Assembly: GCA_030704615.1 (NCBI GenBank)
Contig: CM060734.1
Location: 60,326,001 to 60,390,000, forward strand
Reading direction: 5' to 3'
Length of the DNA: 64,000 nucleotides
From: Takakia lepidozioides
Taxonomy: Eukaryota > Plantae > Bryophyta
A model generated the notes under the pieces. The model made no database searches. It was not told the DNA's origin and worked only from the letters and a program-made list of their open reading frames with translations. The position numbers were made by a program, and so were the translations under genes. Position 1 is the stretch's first letter, and each line of letters opens with the position of its first letter. Below, piece by piece: positions 1 to 11,989 of this stretch.

Positions 1-528
1 TGCAATCACCGCATTCTCCTCCTCTCCTGACGGTACAAAGGCCTCTACCCAGGCTTGTTGCACTCGTCTATCAACAGCCCGCTGCAAATCCTTGCTCGTA
101 CCCCACAATGGAGTGTGAGCAACCATGGCAGGCAACTCCGCCGTACCATGCATGTCATCCTGCTCTGTTGGAGGTGGCACATCCTCTGCATGGGCATTGC
201 CCTCCAGCAACTCTCCAGGCCAATTAACTGCAGCTGTGAAGGCGGCTAGTGTTGGCATCTTGCCCCGCTGGGCAGCAGCAACACCCCCAATGAATGTCAC
301 AGGGAGCTGTACATGACGACTATCCCCTGACTGCCATCCAGGCCTGTAGGATGCTGACTCCTCCCAAAAATCCAGGGTGAAGCCCATGGGATATAACACT
401 GCCCCACCAACGAGGACATCGTAAGAGACCGCATCTGTCACGATGGCCTTGGCTCGCATCACTGAGCCATCTATATGATGATCTGGCTGTAGTCTAATGG
501 CCAACTCACGCCGTGTCATGCCCTGAGC

Positions 529-1800
529 CTACTCTGATCCTCCCAGAGATGTCTGTATGTGGAAAGGACAAGGCTCCATATCCGCCTCCATGAGGCCCAA
601 ACCTGCAATAGCAGCTCTGCCCAACATCAGTGGCTGAGCTCCCGAGTCCAACAAGACCCGCAGTGGCCGGTACCTCTTGCTTGCCGGTCCACTCAAAGAG
701 AAAATGCTATCCTGGATGTCTAACAAGACAACTCCAGGTGTCACCATGGCGCGCTCAAAGGCTGGCCTAGCTGGCAGCTCCGTCAACCTGGCAGCTGCAA
801 CTTGCCATGGCGCAGCCGTGGCAGTCTTGACCCTCAAATCCGAGAATTCCTCTGCCACTACACCTTCCACCAACTCCGCAGAAGATGAAGTGACCTCCCC
901 ACTCTCGTAGAGTGTTGCTGCTAGTTTGAACACTACAGCTGGTCTTACCCCCGGCGTCGCGATCATGGTTGCCGAGAACAGTGGGGCTTGACACACAGAG
1001 GTGGCTGCCCCCAACAACATACTGGCTGCACTAGCCTTGGCAGCAGGTGTCAGTGCTGCACGTGTAGCTCTCCCCAATGGCACAATAACGGCCTCTGTAT
1101 CTGTCGGGCGAGAACTAGGTGCCATGGATGTCGTCGACACTGTCTCCCCTAAGATAAATGATTGAGGCAACCTAGCCTGACGGCTTGCCTCCCCACGTTG
1201 TGAATCTAACTCCACCTCTGCACCTCGTGGCTCAGGAACTCGTGCTGCTCCTCGAGTGACGGCTGCAGCAGACTCCACCTGCACTAGTGGTAGTGCTGCC
1301 CCACACATAAATCCCATGCCTCCCATGTCTCCTCCGTCAAGATGACGCTGCTGAGGAGGAACAGGAGGTGGACCCTTAGGTCTTGGAGCTGGTACCACCT
1401 GAGCTGTGGCCATGGTAGCAAGCCTTTGCTCTAGTTGCTGAAGCCAGTTGGCCATGCCTTGGTCAACGCCCTGACCTCCATGTCCTTGGTCATACTGTGC
1501 TTGCCCTCATCCTACACCTAGTGCCTGACCACCTCGTCCTCTCTGAGGTGCTCCAGCTCGCCCTCGGCCACCATTGTTCCCTTGGAACTGACCTTGCCGC
1601 AACTCAGGGTGCAAGTCATAACATTGGGCATCTCCATGCCCATACTTGTCACAATGCCCACACTGCAACTGTGCAGGCTGTGCTTGTGCCGGCCTTTTGC
1701 CACTCTCTAGGCAATCTTTCTTGATATGGGGTCCTCCACATGTCCAACATATCATCCTTGGTTGTTGTTGGCTTGCAAAAGATGCTACTGGCCTCTGCAC
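529..1800 (-). pseudogene. gag C-terminus (two zinc knuckles) and aspartic protease of copy A, with in-frame stops
   Basis: CWTCGGPHIKKDC, CGHCDKYGHGDAQC, VLLDSGAQPL. TAG at 529 where copy B has CAG. Confidence 0.85.
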
Positions 1801-1969
1801 CTGAGGTCGAGGTTTACTATTTCATGAGCGCATGAGCGCATGAGCCCATGAGCCTATGAGCTCATGAGCGGACATCCGCGGAATTGGAATTTTCCTGCCT
1901 TTATTGACGGTGTTATGTCCTCTTACCTCGGTAATAGGGTCTGTTTCTCCTGGTCCTGGATGCGGAATG

Positions 1970-2255
1970 AGGTATTTCGGCGCCGTTATTCCCAAGAGCA
2001 GTGTGCTAAAATGGTGTTTTGAAGACATCCACCGGGGTATTTCGGCACCGAAATTACCTCTTAAAATGTGATATAGTGCGGTATTTAATGGCGCAGAACG
2101 GGCTATTTGGGCGCCAAAATACCCAAGTGGAATGTGCTGAAGTGCCTTGTGCTGAAGGCTTCCATCGCGATATTTTGGTACAGTAATTCATCCGCGGAAT
2201 TTTTGAGGCCCATATAACGAAGGCGCACATTGGGCTATTTCGGCGCCAAATTTCC
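1970..2255. repeat. Phased palindrome array 1 (5 degenerate copies, ~64 bp period)
   Basis: ATTTCGGCGCCG-like cores at about 1974, 2039, 2105, 2170 and 2236. Confidence 0.75.
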
Positions 2256-2500
2256 CAATAGGAATGTTAGAAACGGTAGGGTTTTCATGGCTTCAAGTTC
2301 TCGGCTCGATGGTGTGCATAAATTATTTGTAGGGTTCTTCACTGAAGTTTGCGTCTCTTCTGCTTTTATTATACATTTTGGTTGGCGGAAGAAATGTAGG
2401 GAATCGGACAAGCAGTCTGAACACAATGATTTTTCAAATCGTCAATATTTTCATTAAGTGTTTCAGAACTGTACAACAAAAGGATCCAAATGAGACTTTG

Positions 2501-4188
2501 CTATGGTGAGGATCCGCTATCACTGTCCGATGCATCCCCGGCCTCATGCAAGGATGGCTGCCTTCCACCTGCCTCCGAACCTGCATTGTCGCTACCGCTG
2601 TTACTCTGAGAAGCCCTCCCCTCAAAAATACCATCCTCACCAGCCGGAACTGTCCACCTGGGTGCGGAAGTGTCCTCAACATTCCCCTCGCTCTCGGACG
2701 CGGATTCTATTACGAACTTCCCTACTCTGCCTTTCACAATTCTATGTTTGGCCTCACGCCTCATTATAATTCTCTGCTCATTCCCGTATGTCAATTGCTC
2801 TAACCGAGTAGGCCTATCCTCCCTCCTGATGGCTTCTCTGGCAGCCGTGTCTGCATAGGCTGGTAGAAAAAAAGGCTTCTGGGGACTCGCGAGAAACGAT
2901 TTTCTGGCAAAGAATGGCCAATGCGATTCTGTCTCCTCCTCTGCAACAGGGTCCGATTCGGGCAAGTCTCCCAGCTTCTCCTCGTCGGACGACTCTGCAA
3001 GGCTGAGTGTACGCACAAACATAGAATGAAGTACATTAGAGAATTCAAACAGGGAATCATCGGCAGGTTGCATGGTCCCTACAACCGAAACCAATACACT
3101 TACTATGGTGCAACTCACTCGAAGACAGGCATTGGGGGAAGCGGCTTCGGGCGCCCCTGCATCGAACGAATTTCCTGGACTTCCTCCTCTTCATCTTCCT
3201 CCTCCCCTTCCACGTCATCTTCTGCGTTTTTGGGATCCTCAGTCGGAGGCAAACGCTGAAGGCCCGCCAAATTGTAATCGTACAAGGCCGTATCCCCCTC
3301 AAATGAGAACACAAATCGGTTCGACATCCTTCCCGCCCACATACAGGCACCTGCAAATTCATACGACACAACCACAACCAAACTCAAGAATGAGTCGCTT
3401 CCTCGCACAAGCAAACATACACAAACGGAAATGGTGTCAATTTTGGTGCCGCATTCAATTAACGTTCTCACCTGTATTTGCAGTGATGTCGAGGACCCTG
3501 CCTTCAACATCCGTACATGTTTCCATGAGCGTCTGGGATGAATGCAGGACTCCTGGTCCTGCCATACCTCCATGGCTTGCCCGACAAATCACAAAGAATG
3601 TCCTTCTCTCCCACATGGTTGAACAGGACGTTATACTCCAGTGGATCAACTGTGGAATCAACAAGTCTTCCTGTTTCACGTAATTTGAATTTCTAATGTT
3701 TCTTCACGAAGCAAAATGCCTGAAAGATAAGAGTCTGCAGAGAAGGAAATGTCCTGGAGGTTTTGCTTCTCCGCAAGCTCCAGCAGGTTCTAATCGTCGC
3801 CAAGTCGTACCACGTTGTCGTCCTCTCCTTCTGTCAGCTCAATGGGCCGCCCTTCTGCAGATCCAACTCCCACATCTCCAGCGGCCTCCACCGCATTCGT
3901 GTTTTTTGAAATTGACTGCAAACCCAATATCTCCGCTTCCAGTCTCCCTAGGGGTTTTACTGGCGAAGCCATGGGCTCCTTCTGCTTCCTCGACTTCTGA
4001 ACTCTAGGTGGGCTTTTCTGAGGCGATATCTGAGGTGTTGAATGAGGACTCGCCTGCCTCGATGCACTTCCACCTTGCGAGCGCAGCACCCGGGCAGGAG
4101 TATCCAAAGTTGACTGTGTTGCTTCGCCCCCCTGCGATCCCTCCCCAGCTCCCATGTCAAACAAACAGGAAAACATGAGACACTGCAC
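2501..4188 (-). pseudogene. Uncharacterised, probably spliced MULE accessory gene (acidic, low complexity)
   Basis: Consecutive same-strand ORF segments (3790-4188, 3115-3573, 2501-3118) with acidic runs. No recognisable domain. Confidence 0.35.
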
Positions 4189-4649
4189 GCAAAAAAAAAG
4201 GTGTAAAAGGAATATTGCGTATGGAGTGCTTCATATCCGCAAAGCACGAATCTCTCACTGGTGGGCGATCCGAGTCTCCGGAGCATTTCATGCATGAGAC
4301 GGAGCTTAAGTCGTGTCGTCGGCGGCTTCCCAAAATCCCGCGTCCTCCTTCTCTTTGCCGGAGTTGCCTGACCTTCCACAAACTCTATGCTACCACTATG
4401 CCGCATAAGGAGAGGAAACGCAGGAGAATGTCACTGCAGAAGGGCAAGGAGCGAGAGAGCGAAGCGGTGGAACATGCAACCACTATGCACGAGCAGATGT
4501 GTAAGCAGCCACGTCTTCCGAAGCGTTGCCACCGTCCACCACTTTCTGCCGTATGAGTGATGAAGAGATTGTGACCCCTGACACGTTCGCACGGATGAAG
4601 TCGACTGGAACACGACGCGTGCCAGTTCCAGCCACCAGTACAAGACGGT

Positions 4650-6460
4650 TTATCCGAATTGCGGCACCGAAATACCTTCCGTTCACCGAATGCTGTTCCC
4701 GGAGCAGCCGACATTGAATGAAATATCTGCACATCATGAAACCCAACCGCCATGAAAATCCCCTGCCTATGACATTCAACAGTCAGATCGGTACGTTTCA
4801 TCAGCGGACGGATAAATTTCGGCGCCAAAATTCATCCTATTCAAGTGCTTTCGTACACAAACTTACAAATTTCGGCGCCGCAATTCATCGCTTCCCAAGT
4901 CCTCATTCGTCATGAGCAAACCTGTCAGTAGGATATCGGAGCCGGAATTAATTCCGGGACAGTGGAAACGGCTGCACTTGGGCACATTTCATCCATATTT
5001 TGGCGCCGAAATTCATTACGAATATCTCCGTCCGCGCGTAGACGAGGTGAAATCATCCATATTTCGGCGCCGAAATTCATCCAGAGCGAAGACTAAATCG
5101 GCACCATGCTATGCTTTGCCGCCATCATTGCCCCTGACGGATGCTGTCCATGCCTGTTGGACTTGCCATTTCTGGACATTTAACTATAATTTCGGCGCCG
5201 AAATTATACTTTATGTGCGGCAACGTCCCGTGCGAAAAAGACCACTTAATGGATACTGTCGGTTTCAAAGGAAAAAAACGGCTAAAATGCAATTAATTTT
5301 GACAGAAGGGGTTCAATATGCCGATTTCTCCATTAAATGCAGAATATTCCTGTTATCTTCGTTGGAACGGGGTATTTCCAACGATTTACCGAAAATTATA
5401 TCATCTAGAAGCAAATAGTAAGTGTCGGGTTTGGACGAATTTCGGCGCCAAAATTCATTCGTCGCATAGAAAATGTAATATTAGAGTTACTCATTGCGGA
5501 CAGTAAGGATGAATTTTGGCGCCGAAATTCATCCATTTCAAAGAAAAATAAATATTGGAGGGAGGGCATTGGATGAATTTCGGCGCCGAAATCCGGCGCT
5601 CAAACCCTGAAAAGAATTTGGAGGGATGGAGTCGGTTGAATTTCGGCGCCGAAATTCATTGCTCGCGAAGAAAAATTTTTTTTTTCGGGAGGACTTCGGA
5701 TGAATTTCGGCGTCGAAATTCATTGCTCCCGAAGAAAAAAAATAAAATCGGGAGGACTTCGGATGAATTTCGGCGCCGCAATTCATTGCTCGCGAAGAAA
5801 AAAAAAATTTCGGGAGGACTTCGGATGAATGTCGGCGCCGAAATTCATTGCTCGCAAAGAAAAAAAAAAATTCGGGAGGATTTCGGATGAATTTCGGCGC
5901 CGAAATTCATTGCTCGCGAAGAAAAAGGAAAATTAGAAGGGAGTACTTGGATGAGATTCGGCGCCGAAGTTCATTTGTCGCAAAGAAAAAAAAAAAAACT
6001 TCAGATGAATTTGGCACTGAAATCCATCCGCAGGGCAGCAGAATTAGGGTCGGAAAAGGAGATGAAGAATGAATTTCGGGGCCGAAATACATCCATTCTG
6101 CCGATTCAAGATTACTGTCATTCGGATGTCAGCACCGATATCCGGACACGTGGTGAATCACGACTGTAATCAGGAACACATTCATCCGTATTTTGGCATC
6201 CAAATTCAACCCTCATGTGCAGAAACAATTTGATGAAGAAGATGTTCATCCGAATTTCGGCACCGAAATCCATCCGTTGGGTGCTTGGTTAGTTTCATGA
6301 GGTGAACAAATTACTATTTCTGTCGCCGGAATTCATCCTATGGCTTCCAAAGTTGTTACATGACAGAGATGTTCATCCAGATTTCGGTGCCGAAATTCAT
6401 GGGAAGGCCTGATTTATTGTAGCCCAAGTGGTTGTACATTACAATTCAGGCACCAAATAT
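4650..6460. repeat. Phased palindrome array 2 (>20 copies of ATGAATTTCGGCGCCGAAATTCAT, ~63 bp period; homogenised tandem core at 5630-5930)
   Basis: Copies at about 4814, 4868, 4933, 4996, 5060, 5187, 5436, 5509, 5573, 5637, 5700, 5763, 5825, 5887, 5951, 6005, 6069, 6251, 6316, 6379 and 6442. Confidence 0.9.
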
Positions 6461-6775
6461 CCGATGTGAACTTGCTGTTGTCGTCCGTTTTTGTAACGTA
6501 CGTTACATACCTTCATCTTTACGTGCACCGATCACCCATCCTGTTGGATGCGGAATCCTCCAGAAAATCATTTGTGTTATTAGGTAGGACACACTCTTCT
6601 CACTGCAGGACTTCGCTGCGGAGCGTACCGAGAGGTCCCGTCTTCAACATGGACTCCCGTGTTTGGGTAAACGTGTACTTCCATCCTGATTATCTGAAAG
6701 CTAAAATACGTTCCACGAAATCCAGTTCCCAGTCGTCATCCTCCTCCCACGAGAAGCTCTTCGCCCCGCATACCG

Positions 6776-7195
6776 GTGGGTGACACCGCAGCTTGGCCCA
6801 CCCATCGGTGGGGGAAACTGAAAAGACGACGGCCACCAACAAAGGCGAACGACACCGGGATGGCCAACGCTCTTGCAATGCCCTGCATAGTGCAAGGTTG
6901 CAGGGATGTTCCTCACCCCAGGATGGGGCGCATATTTCAGTTGTCAACAGCCGGGTCTGCTGCGCGCAGTGTCGTGTATACAATCACGGTTTCACAGTAC
7001 CCAGCTTGCAACTGTGAGGACTTCCTTGTTATGGAATCGAAGAATGCAGCATACGTCCCTTGCAAACACCTTTATTACATTTTTCTGAAGCGCATGAGTT
7101 GCATATCCGCAGTGGACGTCTTCATCCATGCTCCAACACTAAGTTTCAACGAGCTGCACAAGGCCCTACGGCAGGACACTGGTCGGACTGCTTGA
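6776..7195 (+). CDS. SWIM zinc-finger protein fragment (C-terminal part of a MULE transposase-like protein)
   Basis: YTITVSQYPACNCEDF...YVPCKHLYYIF (CxC-xn-CxH). Homologous to 23881-24765. Confidence 0.75.
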   Translation: MGDTAAWPTHRWGKLKRRRPPTKANDTGMANALAMPCIVQGCRDVPHPRMGRIFQLSTAGSAARSVVYTITVSQYPACNCEDFLVMESKNAAYVPCKHLYYIFLKRMSCISAVDVFIHAPTLSFNELHKALRQDTGRTA

Positions 7196-8544
7196 CATTC
7201 CACATTCGGGAAGGAGAAAGTGGCAATTATATTACATTCATCTTCTTGCACCCTTTTTTCTGTGAGGAATTATACACTTGGTGGTGCCGCATCGCCATGG
7301 CTACATGTGAATTTCGGTGCCGCAATACATGAGAATGTGGTTTTTGGCCATGAATGGCATGCGCATGTTTTTTTTATTTTGGTTGTGTACAAATGGATCC
7401 GAGTAAAGCATACATTGTGTGGAGATTAACGGGCATTGAGGCCTATTTCAGCGCCGTTTATGGTCTATGTACTGCATAGTGCTTCCTTGTTACTGCTCTT
7501 CATTCAATTTGTAGTGATTTCGCAGCCCATCCTAGCGTTTTCGTCCACCTTTATGAGAAGACTCCAATTTGCTACAAATACATTGTTACTGTTCTGCAAA
7601 TGTGATGCCTTTACAAGATTGCTAGTTCTGTGTCCCAGTGGGAAGGGTCCTACTGCACATTCCAGCATTTGCATACTGCACCTTGTGCAAACAGCAATCC
7701 ATACGACAAAGGACACGTCCCAGCATACTGGCAGTGAATTGCAAAAAACCTTAACAGAAGATTATCCAAGCATGTATATTCCCCATATGGCACAGGGAAG
7801 CTGCTTGATTTCTGAATGAAAATGTATGTGCCATGAGTGTCGGTGAGTCGAAACATGTCTACTCTAGCATGCAAGACCTATGGTCCCCTCGCCCAAGAAG
7901 AAGGAACTCTAACTGGCCTCTCAAGGACCTCCTGAGTGACCGGGTGCCTATATTTGAACAAAATGTCAGTGGTTTCTGTCGCCCGGTTGAAACTAACGAG
8001 GATGTCGTGTTTATCGATAGCACCCCCTTGGTATAAGGACATTTTCACAGTGGGCCCTGTGTTCCCCTCCTCCTCATCCTCATAACTGAAGAGAATGTCC
8101 CCACTTTCCGAGCCAGTCCGTCCACGCGTAAAGTTTTCACCTATGCACTCATGATACGTTCACTCGCAACAATTCCAGCGATACAGCAACGCTGTGCGTG
8201 ATCTGTTCGGCTCCCACTCATGCGGAAAGTCCAGGTCCATGATGCGTAGAAACCACCTGCTCCCCAGCCGGGGTCCAGGAGAATCGTGCAATCCTGGAAG
8301 AAACTCCATTGCTCTCAGCTGGACAAGACGAGGATCGTCCCTGTAAACATCCAGGAAAACAATGATGTCGTGTGCTTTCGGGAAAATGACTCCCGTCTGG
8401 CGTCGATAGATGTGATTCGGGCACGACATGGCCTCACGACATAGCACAAACTCAAAGCAGGGAGGAGATGGGCACAACAGAGAAGAGTGAAGAGCAAAAT
8501 GAGAGCAATGCCTCCCTTACCGTAAGGCGGGTATTTGCTCTCCG

Positions 8545-9005
8545 GAGCCCAATTTTGGCGCCGTTATTGGATGGAGTGCGGAAGCTTCAGCCGAGAATTT
8601 TGTTTCCGCAGGTCAATTTCGGCGCCGATATTGGTTGCAATCCCTAGCCTTCAGCCGGGTATTTGGTTTCTGGACCCAATTTCGGCGCCGTTATCGGCTG
8701 CACTCCGGTGGCTTCAACCGAGTATTTGGTTTTCGGGGCCCATTTCGGCGCCGTTATCGCCTGCACTCCGGGTATTTGGTTGGTGGAGCCCAATTACTTT
8801 CACCGTTGTTGGCTTCACTCCTGAGCCTTCAGCCGGCTATTTCTTTTCCTGTGCCCAATTACGGCGCCGTTATACCCAACCATCATGCACTTCTGCAACA
8901 GTACTATCCACGGTTATAGGTCGCCATTGCGTTTTCGGAGTCTGCAAACCTGGATCCTAATTCCGCTTGCGTCTCTGCCTCTGGGATAATTTCGGTGCCG
9001 TTATT
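8545..9005. repeat. Phased palindrome array 3 (AATTTCGGCGCCGTTAT variants, ~64 bp period)
   Basis: Copies at about 8551, 8615, 8678, 8742, 8857 and 8988. Confidence 0.8.
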
Positions 9006-9242
9006 GCCCAGAATTCAGTTTTTCTATGACCTGGCCTAGCGGTCCATGAGCCTGGGCTCCAAGTCATGAGCGTACACTGGTACTCATGAGCGGAGTGCTT
9101 CCAGCATGAGCGCGGAAATCTTCGATTTTTGATTATTTTATAGTTTTGGGCCTGAAAAAAATCTGCCGAAATTCGAAGTGTGTTACTTTGCGGCTCATAG
9201 GTGAGCCATGCCCGCTCATGAGCTCATGGAATAGCAACCCCC

Positions 9243-10332
9243 ACCTGAGGTCCCCTGTAAGCTCCATGGAATTTGGGTTGGAAAACCTTGCCCCCTTGAC
9301 CACGCTGTTGGGCAGTCTTTTGTGCCTGTGGGCTGGCAGCTGCGCCTCGTGCAGGCATGTCCTTGCCAAATCCAATGGTAACAACTCGCTCTTCCACCAT
9401 GTTGAGCTCAATCCGCTCAGCCAGCAGAAACACATCTGCTAATGTGGGTTGGGCTGCTTGTAACAGGTTTGCATCCTGCACCCTTCTCCTGAGCTCCTTG
9501 TCCAAAATTCCATACCAGAACTGGATTGCCTGAGCTTCAGTAACCCCTTGGGTCACACTTATCAAGCGCCTCATACGAGTGTAGGCCTCTCGCTAGCTCT
9601 CACTGGATTTGCGCTGGAAGTCTTGCAAACTTCGCAGCTTCTCTATCCGTACACCTTGGTAGTTCCTCCGCAACTCCTGGAAGAACTCCACCACCGGGCT
9701 GAATCTAGGCACATGTGTTGTAGTCGTGGCAGGAGGAGTAGTAGCACCTTCTGCAAAAGTACCGGCACTACTTGTTCCACTACTAGTGCTGGCTGTGGGA
9801 GGTATTGGTGGTGATGCCGCTACTGGTCGAGTTGTTCCTCGAGTAATGGAGATGTAGTCAGGTGACCAATATATCCTCCACTCCTCAATCTCTGCTTATG
9901 TCCTCACCTGAACTCATGGTAATCGTCTATAGGCGGGCCTTCCAAATGCTGGAACAATCCCTTCCACGCCATGAATATAGTGAACAGTTGTGGATTGTGC
10001 ATCTGCTGCAAATCACACCAGCTGTTGAACTCCTGGATAAAGTCATCCAGCTCGATTGTGCCCACAGCTCCAGAGTACCTACGAGGCCCCTTAGTAGCTC
10101 CATACATCTCCTCCATGTCGTCCCACAATAATGGCAAAGAAAACCGCACACCTGTTGATGAAGCCTCCGGGTCTGTGTCAGACTCTACAGTAGTTGAGGG
10201 TGGAAGTGGAGGTGGTATGAACCGAATACCTCGTCTTATGAACCCACTCTCACTATTACTGCTTGTAGCCGTACTCCCCTCAGAACCCTTGGGTAACTCC
10301 GTGATGACACTTACAACATGCACCTCCCCCAT
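9243..10332 (-). pseudogene. gag N-terminal/capsid region of copy A
   Basis: RRYSGAVGTIELDDFIQEFNSWC... and QAIQFWYGILDKELRRRV resemble retrotransposon gag. Joins 1800 in frame across the MULE. Confidence 0.75.
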
Positions 10333-11844
10333 GTGACACTATAAGGCTCTAGTACTAATTCTAATAGTGACACGGGTGGGCACCTGTTGCAGTTTAAGGG
10401 TCATATCCCAGTGGCTCAGGGCACCTGCACCTGCATCCACTGCAAGAACTCATATGGTTGGCTGGTCATCAACCCAATCTCACCATAGAAGAAACATTGG
10501 TGGTCTTGTTGGTCATCACTCCAGCCTCACCACCGACAGCATACTCTAGGATTGACCGGTGATCAAATCCGGCCTAATCCCTATGAAAGCAAGCGCCCAC
10601 ACAAAACCAACGTGGCGCACAGTCAAGCATGCAGGCATTGGGGGGGATCCAAACACAAGAAATCAAAACATCAACACCCCCACACCAAAATCCATCTGCA
10701 GTGCTGATCCTGCAGAATATCCCAGCCCAAAACCCCGGACTGACTGGCATCCACCAAGAGAGGCTTTGGCAACTACAAGTACAAAGTAATGAAAATAGTA
10801 AAAAGAATGAGGGGAAGAATAGAGGCCCGACCAAGCAAGATCTAATCCTGATCTATGCTATCAACTGTCAGACTTCTCTCAAAGTGCCTCGCTCTGCATG
10901 ATGGTAAGGTGTAGGAGATATATCTATGTCCAGAAACCTGTTACTAACCTTATCCCAAGCTACAGTAGCTCGCTCTAACCAACCCTCCTCCTCTCTCTGC
11001 CAGGTAGAGACAAAGCAATACTCCCCTATCTCCCGCTCACTGAACACTAAAGAAAATAAAGGTAGGGTCTGACAGTCTCTCAACTCGAAAGCTTTGAGGC
11101 GGTTGTGGGTGTCCTCTTTACGAATGACTGCATATCCTTCAAGCAGAACAAACTTTTCATTGCTAATGAACCCCTGCTCGTGGTTGCCCCGTGTAGAGCG
11201 TGTCCGGCTGCAACCATGTCTGATTGCAAAAACTTGTGTAGCTCCTGCTCCTTTGCTCTAGTACACTACGACCTTGTGGCTGAACACCTTGGTCCCCGGG
11301 GCTGTCTTTGGCTGTGTTCCAAGCCTAGCTTCCACCCACTTTGGTATTTCACCTACAGCTGCAGAACTACTTGCTCCAACAGAGTTCTGACTGTCCAAAG
11401 CATATTGAGGCCCTCAACGCCAACTACTGCAGTTTGTTGTCTATTGCTAATGCCTGATTCCCAGTATGCAATCAACTCGTCCAACTGCTCTCCACTCAAA
11501 TCAGTCTGAGCCCCTTGAGAAACATAAATCTTGTCCCCTTGTGTGCACAAGCTAAGAGAAGAGACCTGCCCTTCAATTACATCCTCATTTCCCCCAGCCA
11601 TACAAGGAGGACATCCACAGATTTGTCTCTCATGTAAACCACAACAGGTTCTAGAAATAGAATGTGGACACTCACACTCAAAAAATTCCATAGATTTTTA
11701 GCAGAGTAGAAAAAAACTAAAATCACGTCTAGATAGATAGATTTCCCCTTTCTGCAGCTATCCCCCCAAAAACTGAGTCAAACGAAGTCCATTTGACAAA
11801 GTTATGACCAATTAGGCTCTAAATCATTTAAATTAGATCAAAAG

Positions 11845-11846
<2 letters not shown>

Positions 11847-11881
<35 letters not shown>
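11847..11881. repeat. poly(T) tract, 35 nt
   Basis: Directly visible. Confidence 0.95.
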
Positions 11882-11989
11882 CAAATTTAAAAATTCAAAG
11901 GAAGGTGAAAAGTTCTTTGGAAACTTCCCCTATCCTTACATGAATGGACTTCTCCACCAGGGTCATGCTTTCTCTCTGTGTAAGGTGGG

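Larger units (their letters stand above)
1809..9242. mobile_element. Mutator-like (MULE) DNA transposon, 7434 bp, apparently non-autonomous
   Basis: Flanked by a 10-bp direct repeat ACCTGAGGTC (1799-1808, 9243-9252). Imperfect 21-bp TIRs (GAGGTTTACTATTTCATGAGC vs GGGGGTTGCTATTCCATGAGC) and CATGAGC subterminal repeats at both ends. Internal SWIM ORF. Removing it restores the gag frame (YRGPQV|QRPVAS). Confidence 0.88.
1..11700 (-). mobile_element. Ty3/gypsy retrotransposon, DNMT-carrying family, copy A (5' part: leader, gag, protease; runs off the left edge; interrupted by a MULE)
   Basis: Positions 1-594 are near-identical to 63407-64000 (copy B). Gag N-part at 9243-10332, CCHC knuckles and LLDSGA protease at 529-1800. 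Right boundary is approximate. Confidence 0.85.

Noticed and set aside
3057-3790. F-box or other captured host gene inside the MULE
   Set aside because: No convincing motif, and the reading frame is ambiguous.
4800-6460. CRISPR array (palindromic repeat with ~40-bp spacers)
   Set aside because: Eukaryotic transposon context, no cas genes, degenerate repeats, and central spacers are copies of one another. Kept as a motif array instead.
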